Positions 1 through 10,197 are shown, counted from the first letter of the stretch. The stretch is 64,000 nucleotides of DNA from Chloropicon primus (GCA_023205875.1 CP060757.1:930001-994000), one strand, 5' to 3'. Numbers and translations: made by a program. Notes: a model not told the origin generated them from the sequence alone.

Positions 1-1307
1 ACATGTGCTCGAGATGCGGCCTGTGTGACACGTACTACGTGGCGAAGGTGAAGGAGGCTTGCGGCTTCATCGGGGACGGGATGTCGCGGATCGACCAGCT
101 CGAGGAACAGGTGCACGGCAGGCAGAGGGACCTCGGGGAGGCGGATGAAGTCACCTTTGGGGTGCACGAGCACATGTCGTTCTGCAAGCTCACGCCTGGC
201 GTGGAGGGCGCGCAGTGGACCGGCGTCGTCACGACCATCGCCGTCGAGATGTTGAGGGCCGGCATGGTCGAGGCGGTAGTGTGCGTCCAAAGCGACCCCG
301 AAGACGAGTTGAAGCCGAAGCCATGCATCGCGATGACGGAAGAGGAGGTGATTGAGGCAAGGGGGGTGAAGCCTTCGCTCTCCCCGAACCTTGAGGTTCT
401 GGCGGAGGTGGAGGCGCGTGGCATCAAGAAGCTCCTCTTCATCGGGGTGGGCTGCCAGGTCCAAGCCCTGAGGAGTGTCGAAAAGTACCTTGGCTTGGAC
501 GAACTCTATGTGGTGGGCACCAACTGCACGGACAATGGCCCGAGGGAGGGCCTCGAGAAGTTCCTCCAAGTCACGAGCGCGAACCCGGATCAGGTCAAGC
601 ACTACGAGTTCATGCAAGATTACCGCGTCCATATGATGTACAAGGACGGAGTGACTGTTGAGAAGGTGCCGTACTTTTGCCTCCCCGCGGACCAGCTCAC
701 CGACGTCATAGCGACGTCCTGCTACTCGTGCTTTGACTACGTGAACTCCCTCGCCGACGTCGTGGTGGGCTACATGGGCGTCCCTTTCGAGGGGCCGGAC
801 GTTCCCATGACCAAGCACTTCCAGTACGCGACGATCCGCAATGAGAAAGGCAGGGAAATCTGGGACCTTCTTCGAGGGACGGAGAGGTTGGTGGAGGAGC
901 CCACCACCAGAGAGGGCGCGCGCCAGGACTTTGTGAAGCAGACCCTGGTGACGGACGACGACGTTCAACTGGGTCGGGCGAAGAGCAATCCGCTGCCGTT
1001 GTGGATCGGAAACATCCTGGCGGATGTCCTGGAGAAGATTGGACCAAAGGGACTCGAGTTCGCCGCCTACAGCCTGGACTACCACGTGCTGAGGAACTAC
1101 TTGCTGGTGTACAGGAGGCTGGGGAGGGAGAAAGCGTGGAGGCACCTGCCAGCCTACGCGAAGAAGATCATCGAGAGCGAGGATTACGAGGCCATCGTCG
1201 CCAAGCAGATTGCAAAGGGAGAAAAGGGGGAAGACTGGGATCTTCTCGATGAGATGGTGTCTGCGTTGCCGGGTGAGATCAGGGACCTTGTGAACAAGGT
1301 CCGCTGA
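1..1307 (+). CDS. HCAR: 7-hydroxymethyl chlorophyll a reductase (FrhB/F420-hydrogenase beta-like), 5'-truncated by window edge
   Basis: CSRCGLCDTYY Fe-S motif, GAQWTGVVTTIA, GVGCQVQALR, GTNCTDNG, SCYSCFDYVN. The transit peptide would lie upstream of the window. Confidence 0.93.
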   Translation, partial: MCSRCGLCDTYYVAKVKEACGFIGDGMSRIDQLEEQVHGRQRDLGEADEVTFGVHEHMSFCKLTPGVEGAQWTGVVTTIAVEMLRAGMVEAVVCVQSDPEDELKPKPCIAMTEEEVIEARGVKPSLSPNLEVLAEVEARGIKKLLFIGVGCQVQALRSVEKYLGLDELYVVGTNCTDNGPREGLEKFLQVTSANPDQVKHYEFMQDYRVHMMYKDGVTVEKVPYFCLPADQLTDVIATSCYSCFDYVNSLADVVVGYMGVPFEGPDVPMTKHFQYATIRNEKGREIWDLLRGTERLVEEPTTREGARQDFVKQTLVTDDDVQLGRAKSNPLPLWIGNILADVLEKIGPKGLEFAAYSLDYHVLRNYLLVYRRLGREKAWRHLPAYAKKIIESEDYEAIVAKQIAKGEKGEDWDLLDEMVSALPGEIRDLVNKVR

Positions 1308-1442
1308 TGGTGGTAGGCAACAAGGCGTGCAAGGCTCTCCTCCCTCTGAAAGCTAATAGATGGTATGTTTAGTTGTACAAAAGACGTTTAGATATCTTAT
1401 GATAGATTGTGCTATTCTTACACGCAACGGACTTGGATCCCG

Positions 1443-2417
1443 TCAGATGTGGATATGGTGCATGCACACCAAGTCCCTCGTGTCTGCCCCCGACCTGCAG
1501 AGGGGGCATTCCTCCTTTTGGTTGCACCAGTGGAGTATGCAGGACCAACAGAACACGTGGCCGCATGGGGTTGAAGTTGGGAACTCCACGTTCGAGAGGC
1601 AGAGAGGGCACTTCGCTTCGTGTTCCAGCGCCGCGTCAGAGCTTTGGCTCGCTGGAGCTCGCTCCGACTTTTCCTTGTTGCTGAAAAACTTCAAGTTTCC
1701 CTCGCTGCCCCCTTGCCCATCACTCTCAAGGGACTCTGAAGCGGAGTGCCTCCTCTCCACGTACTTGACGAACTCTGCCAGGATCAGAAACCAGCCCAGA
1801 ATCCTGTAGTGAGGCTGCCTCTCGGTCTTGCTGATCTCGTCGTACGAGAAGAAGGAGACGCGGCTCAGCCTGTAGGCCAGCTGGGGGAACAAGCCGTTGA
1901 GGAAGAAAACGAGGAGGCAGCCCCGCTCTGCGGCCTGCAGAATTCCGAAGAGTGCTGAGGACAGCTCGTAAGAACTGAGCTGGGGCAGAAACCTCCCCCC
2001 AACCAAGCCCCTCAGGCTCCTGTACGCAGGCGTTGCGAGGGACATGATGCCCGTGCTCGAGCTGTAGAGCTTCCCTGCAGAGTAGGGAAGCCCTATCCGA
2101 AAGAGAACGAGCAAGCCCAATCGACTCTTGCTCGGAATCTGGCCGCTCGGGTGCCACATCGGAAGCAGGTCGCAGTCCTCCTGACCCAGCGTCTGGTTCC
2201 TCGAGTTGCGAGCGAGGGCCTCGTAGCAAAGATCCACAATAGCCTCCGCCTCGGCCTTGTAGTTCGTCGCATTCGCTGCGCCCACCACCGCGTTCACAAC
2301 GCCCTCGATTTCTTTGAACAGCAGCTTGCCGTAAGCCTTGTCCTTCTGCAGAGATCGGTAGATCTGTCTCCGGGACGCCAGAGGCAGGTGCGCCAGACCA
2401 CCTCCACCTCCCGCCAT
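1443..2417 (-). CDS. PEX10: Peroxisome biogenesis factor 10 (Pex2/Pex12 N-domain + C3HC4 RING)
   Basis: N-terminal IYRSLQKD, QTLGQE-CDL and YRILG motifs; C-terminal CPLC...TPCGHVFCWSCILHW...ECPLCR RING. Confidence 0.88.
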   Translation of the reverse strand: MAGGGGGLAHLPLASRRQIYRSLQKDKAYGKLLFKEIEGVVNAVVGAANATNYKAEAEAIVDLCYEALARNSRNQTLGQEDCDLLPMWHPSGQIPSKSRLGLLVLFRIGLPYSAGKLYSSSTGIMSLATPAYRSLRGLVGGRFLPQLSSYELSSALFGILQAAERGCLLVFFLNGLFPQLAYRLSRVSFFSYDEISKTERQPHYRILGWFLILAEFVKYVERRHSASESLESDGQGGSEGNLKFFSNKEKSERAPASQSSDAALEHEAKCPLCLSNVEFPTSTPCGHVFCWSCILHWCNQKEECPLCRSGADTRDLVCMHHIHI

Positions 2418-2541
2418 CCTTTGTCCCTCACCAACCCACGCCGCTCCCCCTCATATTCTATTTTGCTGCTGCAGGAGGAGGACGTTCAAGAAGATTTACA
2501 TATATCTTGGAGTGGAGGAGGTGGAGGACGGGTGTGTTAGG

Positions 2542-4338
2542 ATGGAGGAGCTCGTGGACAAGGCGGTGGAGAGGGAGGGGATGGTGCTCTGCCTCACACA
2601 GCACGCTCTCAAGCAAGTCCCCGCGAAAGTCTTCAGTCACTTGGGCCTCGTGGAGCTGGACTTGTCGAGGAACTCCATTGTGGAGCTGGCTCCCTCAATC
2701 CAGGTTCTGAAGTCCCTACAAGTTCTTAAGCTGAGTTGGAACGGCCTGACCAACCTCCCGAAAGAGGTGTGCAGACTGAAAAAGCTGAAGATGCTTTACC
2801 TGCAGTTCAACAACTTGACCTTTCTCCCGGAGGACTTGGGAAATTTAGAGAATCTAGCAGTCCTCCAGGCAAACGACAACAAGATACATCACGTGCCCGA
2901 GAGCGTCAGCAAGCTCGGGCACTTGTCCGAGCTGAACTTGGAATACAACCAGATCCAGATTCTCCCGAATACTCTGCACCTGGCCGGCACGAAGAACCCT
3001 TTGGGTCTAGGGGCGCTGAAGCTGAGGGGAAATCCGCTACTTTATCCTTCTCAGGACGTGATCGTGGAAGGAACAAGAGCCGTTCTCGAATTCTTGAGGA
3101 AGCAGTCTGGTGGGCAAACCAGTGGAGTGAGGCGTGGGGGGCAAGAGCCAGCGAAGCTGGAGTCGCCTGAGTGTCTGAAGGCGAAAGGCGGAGTCTCGTT
3201 CTACGTCCAGCACCGAAACCTCAGCAGCAGCGTTCGGAACCTCAGGGGAGGGGAAGAGGAGCAGGGGGGGGACGGCTCCTCGGAGCGGCCTGGGCCGAAC
3301 ACGGAGAAGGACAAGTACGCTTACTTGCATACTGACCTGCACAGGGAGGTGGAAGAGCTCATCGCACAGACGAGAGAAACGTTTTCCATGGAGGGAGGAG
3401 GACCTTCGGACAGATCAAGCAGGCACGAACCGGGAAGTTCTTCGAGCGCCAGAGCAGCAGCAAGCAGCAACAGCAGCAGCGGCACACCTCATGAGTGCCC
3501 GAGTCCAAGCCACAGAAGGGCGTCCCCTGCAAAAATTCACAATGGGAGGACTCTCTTCACGAGTGGTAGTTCGCCAGCAATACCCGAAAGGTCGAGAGTG
3601 GCTGACCTGCGGGTCACTCCCGCGCCGTCGCCAGGAAAGGCGAGCACGGCGTCAGGGCAGGACAATGAAGCGAGGGGTAGGCAAAGCAGCTTTGCGAGGT
3701 CCTTTTACGAGCACGGTGCGTCAAGGCAGCTCAGGGGCATGGACCTCGGGGAATGTATAACGGTGAACGGGAAGCAAAGGAAGGTCGACGCCCAGCCACA
3801 AGGACCGGAAGATGTCAGTCAGCAGGCTGAAGGGGCTCAAAGTTATTCCGAGCGGACCGAACCAGCGGGGGACGCCACACCGGGGGCTCCACCAGCTGTC
3901 ACTGAAGAGGACATTGATATCGTCCACCAGCTCTTGGCGCAGAGAAATCCTGGCATAGCTTATGCCATGAGAGGAATTTTATACCATACCGAGGTCAACG
4001 ACGAGGACGACAATTCGTCGATAGAGGATGAGATGACCCCGGAGTCTCTGAGCAAGCTGGTGGAGGAGGTGAGGGGGTCGCCCAGCACGTCCCCCCCTCG
4101 AGCATCTCCCCGCAAGGACTTGCCAAAAGAATTCTTTTGCCCAATCACTCACGACCTGATGAAAGACCCGGTCGTATTGTCAGATGGCCACACGTACGAG
4201 AGGAAGGCGATCGAGAAGTGGATCAAGCTGGGAAAGACGACCTCGCCCATGACGGGCGTACCCCTCCAGAACATGAGCCTGACCCCCAACTTCACCCTGA
4301 GGAGCATGCTTCAGAACCCAAGCTTCAGAACCGGATAA
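2542..4338 (+). CDS. Leucine-rich-repeat + U-box E3 ubiquitin ligase-like protein
   Basis: About 6 LxxLxLxxN repeats at the N-terminus, a disordered S/G-rich middle, and a C-terminal U-box (PKEFFCPITHDLMKDPV...DGHTYERKAIEKW...TSPMT...LTPNFTLRS). First ATG at 2542. Confidence 0.85.
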   Translation: MEELVDKAVEREGMVLCLTQHALKQVPAKVFSHLGLVELDLSRNSIVELAPSIQVLKSLQVLKLSWNGLTNLPKEVCRLKKLKMLYLQFNNLTFLPEDLGNLENLAVLQANDNKIHHVPESVSKLGHLSELNLEYNQIQILPNTLHLAGTKNPLGLGALKLRGNPLLYPSQDVIVEGTRAVLEFLRKQSGGQTSGVRRGGQEPAKLESPECLKAKGGVSFYVQHRNLSSSVRNLRGGEEEQGGDGSSERPGPNTEKDKYAYLHTDLHREVEELIAQTRETFSMEGGGPSDRSSRHEPGSSSSARAAASSNSSSGTPHECPSPSHRRASPAKIHNGRTLFTSGSSPAIPERSRVADLRVTPAPSPGKASTASGQDNEARGRQSSFARSFYEHGASRQLRGMDLGECITVNGKQRKVDAQPQGPEDVSQQAEGAQSYSERTEPAGDATPGAPPAVTEEDIDIVHQLLAQRNPGIAYAMRGILYHTEVNDEDDNSSIEDEMTPESLSKLVEEVRGSPSTSPPRASPRKDLPKEFFCPITHDLMKDPVVLSDGHTYERKAIEKWIKLGKTTSPMTGVPLQNMSLTPNFTLRSMLQNPSFRTG

Positions 4339-4397
4339 AAAAACTTTGGTGTGCGAGCGATATAAGTTGTATTAAAAAATTCCGTAAGTCTCTAAGG

Positions 4398-5198
4398 CTA
4401 GTCGTCATCAGGAACGGGGCACGTGTAGTTCAGCGCCATCCTTCCACCGTCCGCGTAGAGGGTCTGGCCACTCATGTAGGACGAGAGCTCCGAGGCCAGG
4501 AACACCGCAATGTCACCGATCTCTTTTGGCTGCCCGAGGCGTCCCAAGGGGGTCCTCGAAAGGATTCTCGACAGGGAGTCCTTGTCCAGCGAGTCCAGCA
4601 ATTCGGTCTTGATGCTTCCGGGTCCTATGGCGTTGACCCTGATGTTTTCGGCCGCGAGGGACACCGCCATGTTCCTCGTGAGGTTGTTCACCCCGCCCTT
4701 GGCGGTGTTGTACGCCGTGATGGACGGGATCGCCATGATCGCATTCACTGAGGACATGTTTATGATGCTCCCGCCCCTCCCTGGCTTCGCCTTGTTCTGC
4801 TCCACCATCTGCCTCGCCGCAGCCTGGCCAGTGAGGAAGACGCCCTTGAGGTTCACCCGGATCACCGAGTCGAAGTCCTCCTCGCTCAGGTCCAGGAAGT
4901 TCCCAACCCGCAGGATGGCCGCGTTCGCCACGCAGATGTCGAGGCCACCAAAGTCCTGCACAACCGTCTCGACGGCGTTGTCCACGGACGCCTTGCTCCC
5001 GACGTCACACTTGGTGAACTTGGCCTCGATCCCCTCGCCCGCCAGCTTCTTCTCTGCAGCCTGGCCGAGCTCCTCGTCGATCTCGGCGAGGTAGACCTTC
5101 GCCCCGCTCAAGCCGAGCGCTCGGGCGCAGGCCAGGCCTATGCCCCTGCCCGCGCCCGTCACCATGGCAGACTTCCCCAACAAAAGCTTCGCCGCCAT
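4398..5198 (-). CDS. Classical short-chain dehydrogenase/reductase (FabG/glucose-DH-like)
   Basis: TGAGRGIG cofactor motif, NAA, catalytic YNTAK, IRVNAIGPG, DGG. Confidence 0.9.
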   Translation of the reverse strand: MAAKLLLGKSAMVTGAGRGIGLACARALGLSGAKVYLAEIDEELGQAAEKKLAGEGIEAKFTKCDVGSKASVDNAVETVVQDFGGLDICVANAAILRVGNFLDLSEEDFDSVIRVNLKGVFLTGQAAARQMVEQNKAKPGRGGSIINMSSVNAIMAIPSITAYNTAKGGVNNLTRNMAVSLAAENIRVNAIGPGSIKTELLDSLDKDSLSRILSRTPLGRLGQPKEIGDIAVFLASELSSYMSGQTLYADGGRMALNYTCPVPDDD

Positions 5199-5387
5199 CC
5201 TTCTTGCTCTCTGCTGTCCCTTGTCTTGTCCTCACCTTGGCCCGACCGACTGCTGCTGCTGACGTGGGAGGAGCCTTTTGGTGGGGGGAGAGGGCGTGAG
5301 CTCAAAGTGATGTTCCAAAATAGTTACATTCTTGGGGTGGTGTTAGTTCTTAATGGTCGGTTGAAGTGAACTCGGAGCCCACAGCGC

Positions 5388-6722
5388 TCAAGGAAAGTTC
5401 GGGCTCTGGGAGCCGCCGTCGGCCGCGATTCCAAAGCCGCTGGGGTCCGCAAAAACGTTCTCGAGGAGCTGCTCCTTTCCTGGCCTGGGACTGGCGTCCG
5501 CGAACTCTACCGCCTCCTCCACCTCGTCGTCCACCTGCTTCTCCAGGGCCTTGACCTCCTTCTCGGTCGCGAGGCCTTCCTTGATCAGGTACTCCCTGAA
5601 CTTTGGGATCGGGTCCCTCTTCGCGTAGAACTCCTTCTCCTCCGGCTTCCTGAGCTCGTCGGGATCGGCGAGGGAGTGCCCCCTGTACCTGTAGGTCTCG
5701 CACTCGATGAGGGTCGGTCCGTCGCCCCTCCTGGCGCGGGCGATGGCCTCCTCCGCGACCTTTCTCACCGCGAGGACGTCCATGCCGTCGACGAGGACGC
5801 CGGGCATGCCGAAGGCTGGGCCCTTCTTGTAGATGTAGGGCTCCTTGTCCCCCATGGAGGGCGCGGTGGCCCTGTCGTGCGCCATTCCGATGGCCCACTT
5901 GTTGTTCTCCACGACGAAGAGGCAGGGGAGCTTGTAGAGGCTCGCCATGTTCAGGGTCTCGTAGAACGCCCCGTTGTTGCAGGTGCCGTCGCCGAAGAAG
6001 CTGGCGCAGACCTGGTCCGCGCTCTCGTCCCCCAAGACGTCCCTCTTGTACCTCGCCTGGAAGGCCGCCCCGGCGCCCACGGGGATCCCCTCGCCGATGA
6101 AGGCGAAGCCGCCGAGGAAGTTGTGCTCCGCGGAGAACATGTGCATCGACCCCCCCTGCCCTCTGCAGATCCCGTCCTTCTTGCCGAAGAGCTCCGCCAT
6201 GACCTTACCCATGGGAACGCCCTTGCTCACGGCGTGGACGTGGTCCCTGTAAGTGGAGCACACGTAGTCGTCGGACCTCATCGCGCCTATCACGCCCGTC
6301 GACACGGCCTCCTGCCCGTTGTAAAGGTGGACGAAGCCGAACATCTTCCCCCTGTAGTACATCTGGGCGCACATGTCCTCAAAGTTTCGGCCCCTCAGCA
6401 TGTCCACGTAGATGGCCCTCGCGGCCTCCTTGTCCACCTTGAAGCTCGGGTCGTTCACCACCTTGTCCGGGTTCGAGCCCGAGCCCTTCGGAGACGGGGA
6501 CGAAGACTTGCTCTTGCTCACGGACGCCACGCCGACCACCTTGCCCGACGGCCCCGCCTTCCCGCCCTCCGCCTGAGCCGAGGCCACCACCCGGGACCTG
6601 CTCTTCCAAAGAGGGCGTCCAAACGACGACGCCCTCCTCCGCGAACCGACCACGCCCCTCGGTCCCGACGCCACCTTCCCCTCCATCCTCACCGCCCTCG
6701 CACCCGTCCACGTCGTCCTCAT
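5388..6722 (-). CDS. PDHA: Plastid pyruvate dehydrogenase E1 alpha subunit
   Basis: [31 protein letters not shown]...NN TPP-binding motif, [16 protein letters not shown]-terminal R/S-rich transit peptide from the ATG at 6722. Confidence 0.95.
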   Translation of the reverse strand: MRTTWTGARAVRMEGKVASGPRGVVGSRRRASSFGRPLWKSRSRVVASAQAEGGKAGPSGKVVGVASVSKSKSSSPSPKGSGSNPDKVVNDPSFKVDKEAARAIYVDMLRGRNFEDMCAQMYYRGKMFGFVHLYNGQEAVSTGVIGAMRSDDYVCSTYRDHVHAVSKGVPMGKVMAELFGKKDGICRGQGGSMHMFSAEHNFLGGFAFIGEGIPVGAGAAFQARYKRDVLGDESADQVCASFFGDGTCNNGAFYETLNMASLYKLPCLFVVENNKWAIGMAHDRATAPSMGDKEPYIYKKGPAFGMPGVLVDGMDVLAVRKVAEEAIARARRGDGPTLIECETYRYRGHSLADPDELRKPEEKEFYAKRDPIPKFREYLIKEGLATEKEVKALEKQVDDEVEEAVEFADASPRPGKEQLLENVFADPSGFGIAADGGSQSPNFP

Positions 6723-6954
6723 TCTCCCCCTTCTCCAGCCGAGCGAGAGAGAACACAACACACACACACCAACGACAGACCGCCCCCCTCTCTTTTCTCT
6801 CGACCGAGCGTTTCCTTCGATGCACGACCGCTCGTTTTTCTCTGCTGCGGAAAAGTGTACGAATGCGAGTGATGCGTGTAATAAAAATAAAGGGGGCCAA
6901 GGCCAGATATTTAGATTTAGGCGAAGAGAACCTTTTGGCAGGACGACGACGAGG

Positions 6955-8007
6955 ATGGAGCTGGCACGAAGGGGTTGTGGAGTGGTGGGCGTGGGGAGGG
7001 TTGCGGTGACGAGGGCGAGCAGGTCGGCGGCGACGTCTTCCTCGTCTTCCTCGACGACGCCCTCTGCGCACGCGCAGGAGAAGGACTACAAGGTTCGGGT
7101 GCTGAGGTACCCGGATGGGTACGAGAGGGTGCTGAGGTACCCCAAGGACAAGGCCAAGAGGAGGAGCGCGGCGAGCGGGACGGTGGCGTCGACGGCCCAG
7201 GTGGAGACGACCCACGCCGACGTCTCCTGGGACATTGCGGGCGCGAGGGCGTCCCCGGAGGTCGCGGAGGCGAAGCCACCGACCCAGCCCGAGGGGGTGG
7301 AGACCTCCAAGGTGGAGGAGGAGGCCGTGGAGGAGGAGTTGGAAGTGGTACGTGGTCTGGTTCTCGTTCTCGTTCTCGTTTGGTTGCGCGGGGCACCAGC
7401 GTGCTCTCTCTCTCTCTCTCTCTCTCTTGCGCGCGCCCCGCTCTCCGTTTCCGCTCTCCGTTTTTTTTGGACTGACTGACACGTGCTCTCTCCCGCTTCG
7501 CAGCCTTCCACGATTCCGGACACGCCCACGGAGCTGCTGCGGAAGCAAAAGTCGGAGGAGTTCCTGCTGTCCAGGAAGCTGGAGTGGGACTACGCAAAGT
7601 CGTCCTTCGAGGTGATGGACAGCTGCCCTTGGGTCGAGCCCAGGCCCCTGTGGGTCCTCGGAACCCTGGACGCGCAAGGGGGGGTCCAGACCTTCACCCT
7701 GCGAACGAGGGTGAGCAAGGACGAACTGGAGGCGGAGATGGAGATGCTCGTCGGGAAGCGCCTCTCGGTTTCCCACCTGACGGACGGGGTCGTCACCTTC
7801 GAGTCCAAGGGAATCGCCGAGCACTTTGCGGAGGAGAACACCACCGCCACCACGGAGCTCTTCGTGTTCGAGGTCGGCTCGCACGAGCTCTTCCAGATGA
7901 CCGCGGACGTCAAGGCCGTCGTGGTGCTGATGAAGAGCAACAAGTCGAACCCCAGCGCCAGGATGCTCGCCACGGTGCTGAGAGACCAGCCGGAGCTCGA
8001 CACCTGA
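6955..8007 (+). CDS. Plastid-targeted uncharacterised protein, C-terminal DUF3110-like domain; 2 exons (6955-7347, 7504-8007)
   Basis: A GTACGT...CTGAC...CAG intron at 7348-7503 joins the two ORFs in phase 0. Transit-peptide-like N-terminus; the LWVL...FTL...[13 protein letters not shown] pattern resembles cyanobacterial DUF3110 (from recall). Confidence 0.6.
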
Positions 8008-8365
8008 CGAGAGGCGGGTCGTCTGTTCGAAAAACGAAGTATTATGTGCGCCAGCCAGGCCCCACAAAGGAAAAGAAAAAAAGCAGGAAAAGGTCGGGCG
8101 AGAGCTTAGCTGTACACTAGAGTGGTCCGCCACCACGACATGCTCCCTTCAACCCGGCCTGGCCCCCTGCCTCTCTGTTTTTAGGCTTCTAAACCCAAAC
8201 GAAAATTATACATTAGTCAGTTAACTAGAAGTCCTTCCCGCCCAAAGTCGACTTCTGAGTCGAGTCAGACAGCCAGCAAGCAGATCGAAGCCAGGCCAGG
8301 AGGGCGAACGCCGCTGCTCCTCTCGGCAAGAAAGGGGGCGTGGCGTCGCTCGACGGGCCCGGAGA

Positions 8366-10141
8366 ATGACCCCATCCTCGCGGTTGGGGGGGCTTCATCC
8401 ACCAACGAAGGGGAGCGGCGTTGGAGCCCGGCCTCGCTGCTGCTGCTGCGAGGGAGGACGAGGGGGGAGGCTCTGTGTTGCCGCAGGGGCGGGGGGCAGG
8501 AGGAGGGCGGGGGCCTCGGGCGACCAGGGGGGTAAAGGGAAGCGCGAGTCCGGGGAGGAGGACGAGTTGACGACATTGCGGCGAACGCCCCGTTCTGTGA
8601 TGCGTTTTCCGTTTCAAAACTTTCAAAACTCTCCCCTCCGAGGGAGAAACGGAAGCACGCCGCGCGAGAAGGCCTGCACAATGCCCTTCGGGGAGAGGCG
8701 GTGGCCGCTCGGTGGGGAGGCCGGGGACGAGGTCGACGTACAGACGACGGCGGACGTGGAGGTGTGCGAGAGGTGGATCCGGGAGTTCAGGGAAAGCGGC
8801 AGGGATTGCGTGGGTTTGGACATTGAGTGGAAGGCGAATACCGTCAAGGGCCAGAGGCCGGAGCCTGTCGCGACGCTGCAGCTCGCGACGGAGACCAGCG
8901 CCCTGGTCCTCCAGGTGCTGTACTTCAGGCCGGGCGAGTGCGCCGGTCTCAGGGATCTCCTGGCGGACGAGACGGTGCTGAAGCTCGGTGTGGGGATCAA
9001 GGGAGACCTGCTGAAGCTGCTGAAAGACTGCAACTTGCACTGCGCGGGGGGCCTGGACCTCAGCAAGCATTTCAAGAGCACGCTTGGTCTCCGCATCAAG
9101 GAAGAGATCGGGCTCAAGCGGCTCGCAAAATTCGTTCTCGGGTTCGACTTGGACAAACCGAAGATGGTTTCGAGGTCGGACTGGTCGACAAGCAGCCTCG
9201 ACGAGGCGCAGATCAAGTACGCCGCCCTCGATGCGGTGGTCGCCTGCAAAATCTTCCAGAGGCTTAGAAGTTGCGACGACTTTGCCCGGTCTGCCATATC
9301 CCTGAGGACAAATTATTACCTGCGGAAAAGCTTTGCGAGCAGGAAGCTGAAGCAGCAAGGCTGGTCAAAACGCCTGCTCGTTTTCGGCTGCGTGTTCCTT
9401 CTCATCTGGTCGCCGTCCCTGGTGCTCGCTGGCTTCATGACGCCGAACCAAGTGCAGAGGGACGTGGTCTGCGCATTCTGGGGCTTGTGCAGCTTGCTGA
9501 AAACGGTTCAATTGTGGGGGACGGAGATGTGCAAGTACGACAAGCCCCTGAGCTCTTACGTGAAACCGGATGCCCAGGAGCTCTTTCAGGGCGTTTTGAC
9601 CGGCACCGCTCTGACGGGCTTGTTCTACCTGGCCCTGTGGTTCTTCGGGTTCGGAACGATCGCTCCCAGCCGTGTCGGTGGCGGGGCGGGCGTTCTCAGG
9701 GCGGCTGGTTTGGGGATTCTTTCCGGCTTCACCAAGGAGCTTTTGTTCAGGGGGGTCGTGCAAAAGGAGCTGGAGAGGGATCTCAAACCCGATGGGAAAG
9801 CGGCCTTGGTGCTCGGCCTGATTTTCGCCTCTGCACACTTGTCCCCGCACGGTTTCGTGGGGCTCGCGCTCCTTTCTCTGTGCCTGAGCGAAGGGAAAAA
9901 AGCTTTCGGGGGCTCCCTCTCGTACTCGATCGGGTTGCACTCCAGCCTCGTTGCGACCACGATGCTGGGCAGCAGTGCGTATGTCCAGACCTACCCTGCC
10001 CCGGTGTGGCTGGTAGGCAGTAGCGGCCAAAGTCCTCTCTTCCTGGAGGGAGCCCTCGGCATCGCTCTCCTGTCCGTGCTGCGCCTGGGCCTGCAAAACA
10101 AGAAGAGAAGGAAGAAGAGAAGGGCGAAGAAAAAGCGCTAG
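8366..10141 (+). CDS. WRN-like DEDDy 3'-5' exonuclease fused to CAAX-protease/CPBP (Abi) multi-pass membrane domain
   Basis: ExoI VGLDIEW, ExoII GIKGDLLKL, SDW, ExoIII QIKYAALDA; then hydrophobic helices with KELLFRG, FASAH and IGLH motifs. One open frame. Confidence 0.8.
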   Translation: MTPSSRLGGLHPPTKGSGVGARPRCCCCEGGRGGRLCVAAGAGGRRRAGASGDQGGKGKRESGEEDELTTLRRTPRSVMRFPFQNFQNSPLRGRNGSTPREKACTMPFGERRWPLGGEAGDEVDVQTTADVEVCERWIREFRESGRDCVGLDIEWKANTVKGQRPEPVATLQLATETSALVLQVLYFRPGECAGLRDLLADETVLKLGVGIKGDLLKLLKDCNLHCAGGLDLSKHFKSTLGLRIKEEIGLKRLAKFVLGFDLDKPKMVSRSDWSTSSLDEAQIKYAALDAVVACKIFQRLRSCDDFARSAISLRTNYYLRKSFASRKLKQQGWSKRLLVFGCVFLLIWSPSLVLAGFMTPNQVQRDVVCAFWGLCSLLKTVQLWGTEMCKYDKPLSSYVKPDAQELFQGVLTGTALTGLFYLALWFFGFGTIAPSRVGGGAGVLRAAGLGILSGFTKELLFRGVVQKELERDLKPDGKAALVLGLIFASAHLSPHGFVGLALLSLCLSEGKKAFGGSLSYSIGLHSSLVATTMLGSSAYVQTYPAPVWLVGSSGQSPLFLEGALGIALLSVLRLGLQNKKRRKKRRAKKKR

Positions 10142-10197
10142 AGTTTTGCCACCCGCGCGGCGTGTAATTATAATGATACAACGTTCTCATCACTAGT

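Noticed and set aside
5350..5450. PDH E1-alpha C-terminus shorter than the recalled plant sequence (possible frameshift)
   Set aside because: All catalytic regions are intact and the stop is followed by a TGTAA signal; terminal divergence is ordinary.
5676..6872. Long antisense or alternative-frame ORFs (e.g. 5676-6872, 6379-8136, 21546-22844, 28984-30597, 49007-50311, 50315-51853, 61643-63187)
   Set aside because: These are shadows of real genes on the opposite strand; high GC3 removes stop codons, and the translations are L/V/G/H/R-rich with no domain motifs.
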